DNA of 64,000 bases from Saccostrea cucullata (Eukaryota). Of this stretch, positions 63,604-64,000 are shown piece by piece. Position 1 is the stretch's first letter. Each line of letters starts with the position of its first letter. The notes under the pieces were generated by a model. That model did not search any database. It worked only from the letters and a program-made list of their open reading frames with translations, and had not been told where the DNA came from. The position numbers and the translations under genes were made by a program. The stretch lies in the NCBI RefSeq assembly GCF_032062105.1, contig NW_026934212.1:682001-746000 (forward strand). The letters are read 5' to 3'.

Positions 63604-64000
63604 GCCGCTTCGCGTTTTCAAATGCATATATCTCGAGATTGGCTTTTCCGATTTTTAAACAAATTACATATTTCGCTTCTGCAAAAAGGTCTCTATTCAA
63701 TTCTAAAAGAAAAATATAAAAAAAGAAAAGTTGAAAAATTGCGTTTTTTATATTCGCTTCCGGTTTCGACCGGAAGAATTGACGACGCACGAAAAGGCGA
63801 TTCTGCAACGCTATAAATCATGAACTATCATCTCCAATTAATCTTCAGCTCATATCTTAAGCAGTTTTGGCTACTAAATCAAGACAAAATTGCATTTTAA
63901 AATCAGAAAATTGTCCATATCTCACGACCGGAAGTGACGTCATAATAACGATTAAAAACCTATCAAGATCGATTAATTAGCTATTACATATGAAAATTTC

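Larger units (their letters stand above)
59559..64000 (-). mobile_element. Helentron-type element C (B-related termini) carrying a large tandem array; runs past the window end
   Basis: AACTAG + hairpin CTCGTTGCGAGCAACGAG + AGGTCTTCCG; distal part again resembles family B (CCGGAAGTGACGTCA). Confidence 0.7.

Overview
AT-rich eukaryotic genomic DNA with spliceosomal introns. The repeat families (pearl/CvA-like Helentron-type non-autonomous elements with ~167-bp core repeats) suggest a bivalve, probably an oyster (inference). I assembled three genes by hand from splice sites. (1) The last four exons of GCAT (glycine C-acetyltransferase) on + (3387-4428). (2) A 13-exon uncharacterised gene on - (29919->7699, ~978 codons) with an N-terminal calmodulin-like EF-hand region and a long disordered tail. 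All exon phases fit, but one in-frame TAG (24149-24151) sits where calmodulin has Gln. (3) DNMBP/Tuba on - (49437->36969; SH3x5-DH-BAR-SH3x2), with a candidate GC-AG first exon and a 54-nt cassette exon followed by RBFOX/MBNL motifs. Several exon 3' ends are copied into the adjoining intron as tandem repeats. The last 13 kb is a transposon cluster: nested Helentron-type elements carrying promoter-like motifs, a ~437-bp tandem array, a hAT element with an 8-bp TSD, and a tRNA-Asp-like Pol III cassette. Family names come from recall and structure, not database searches.
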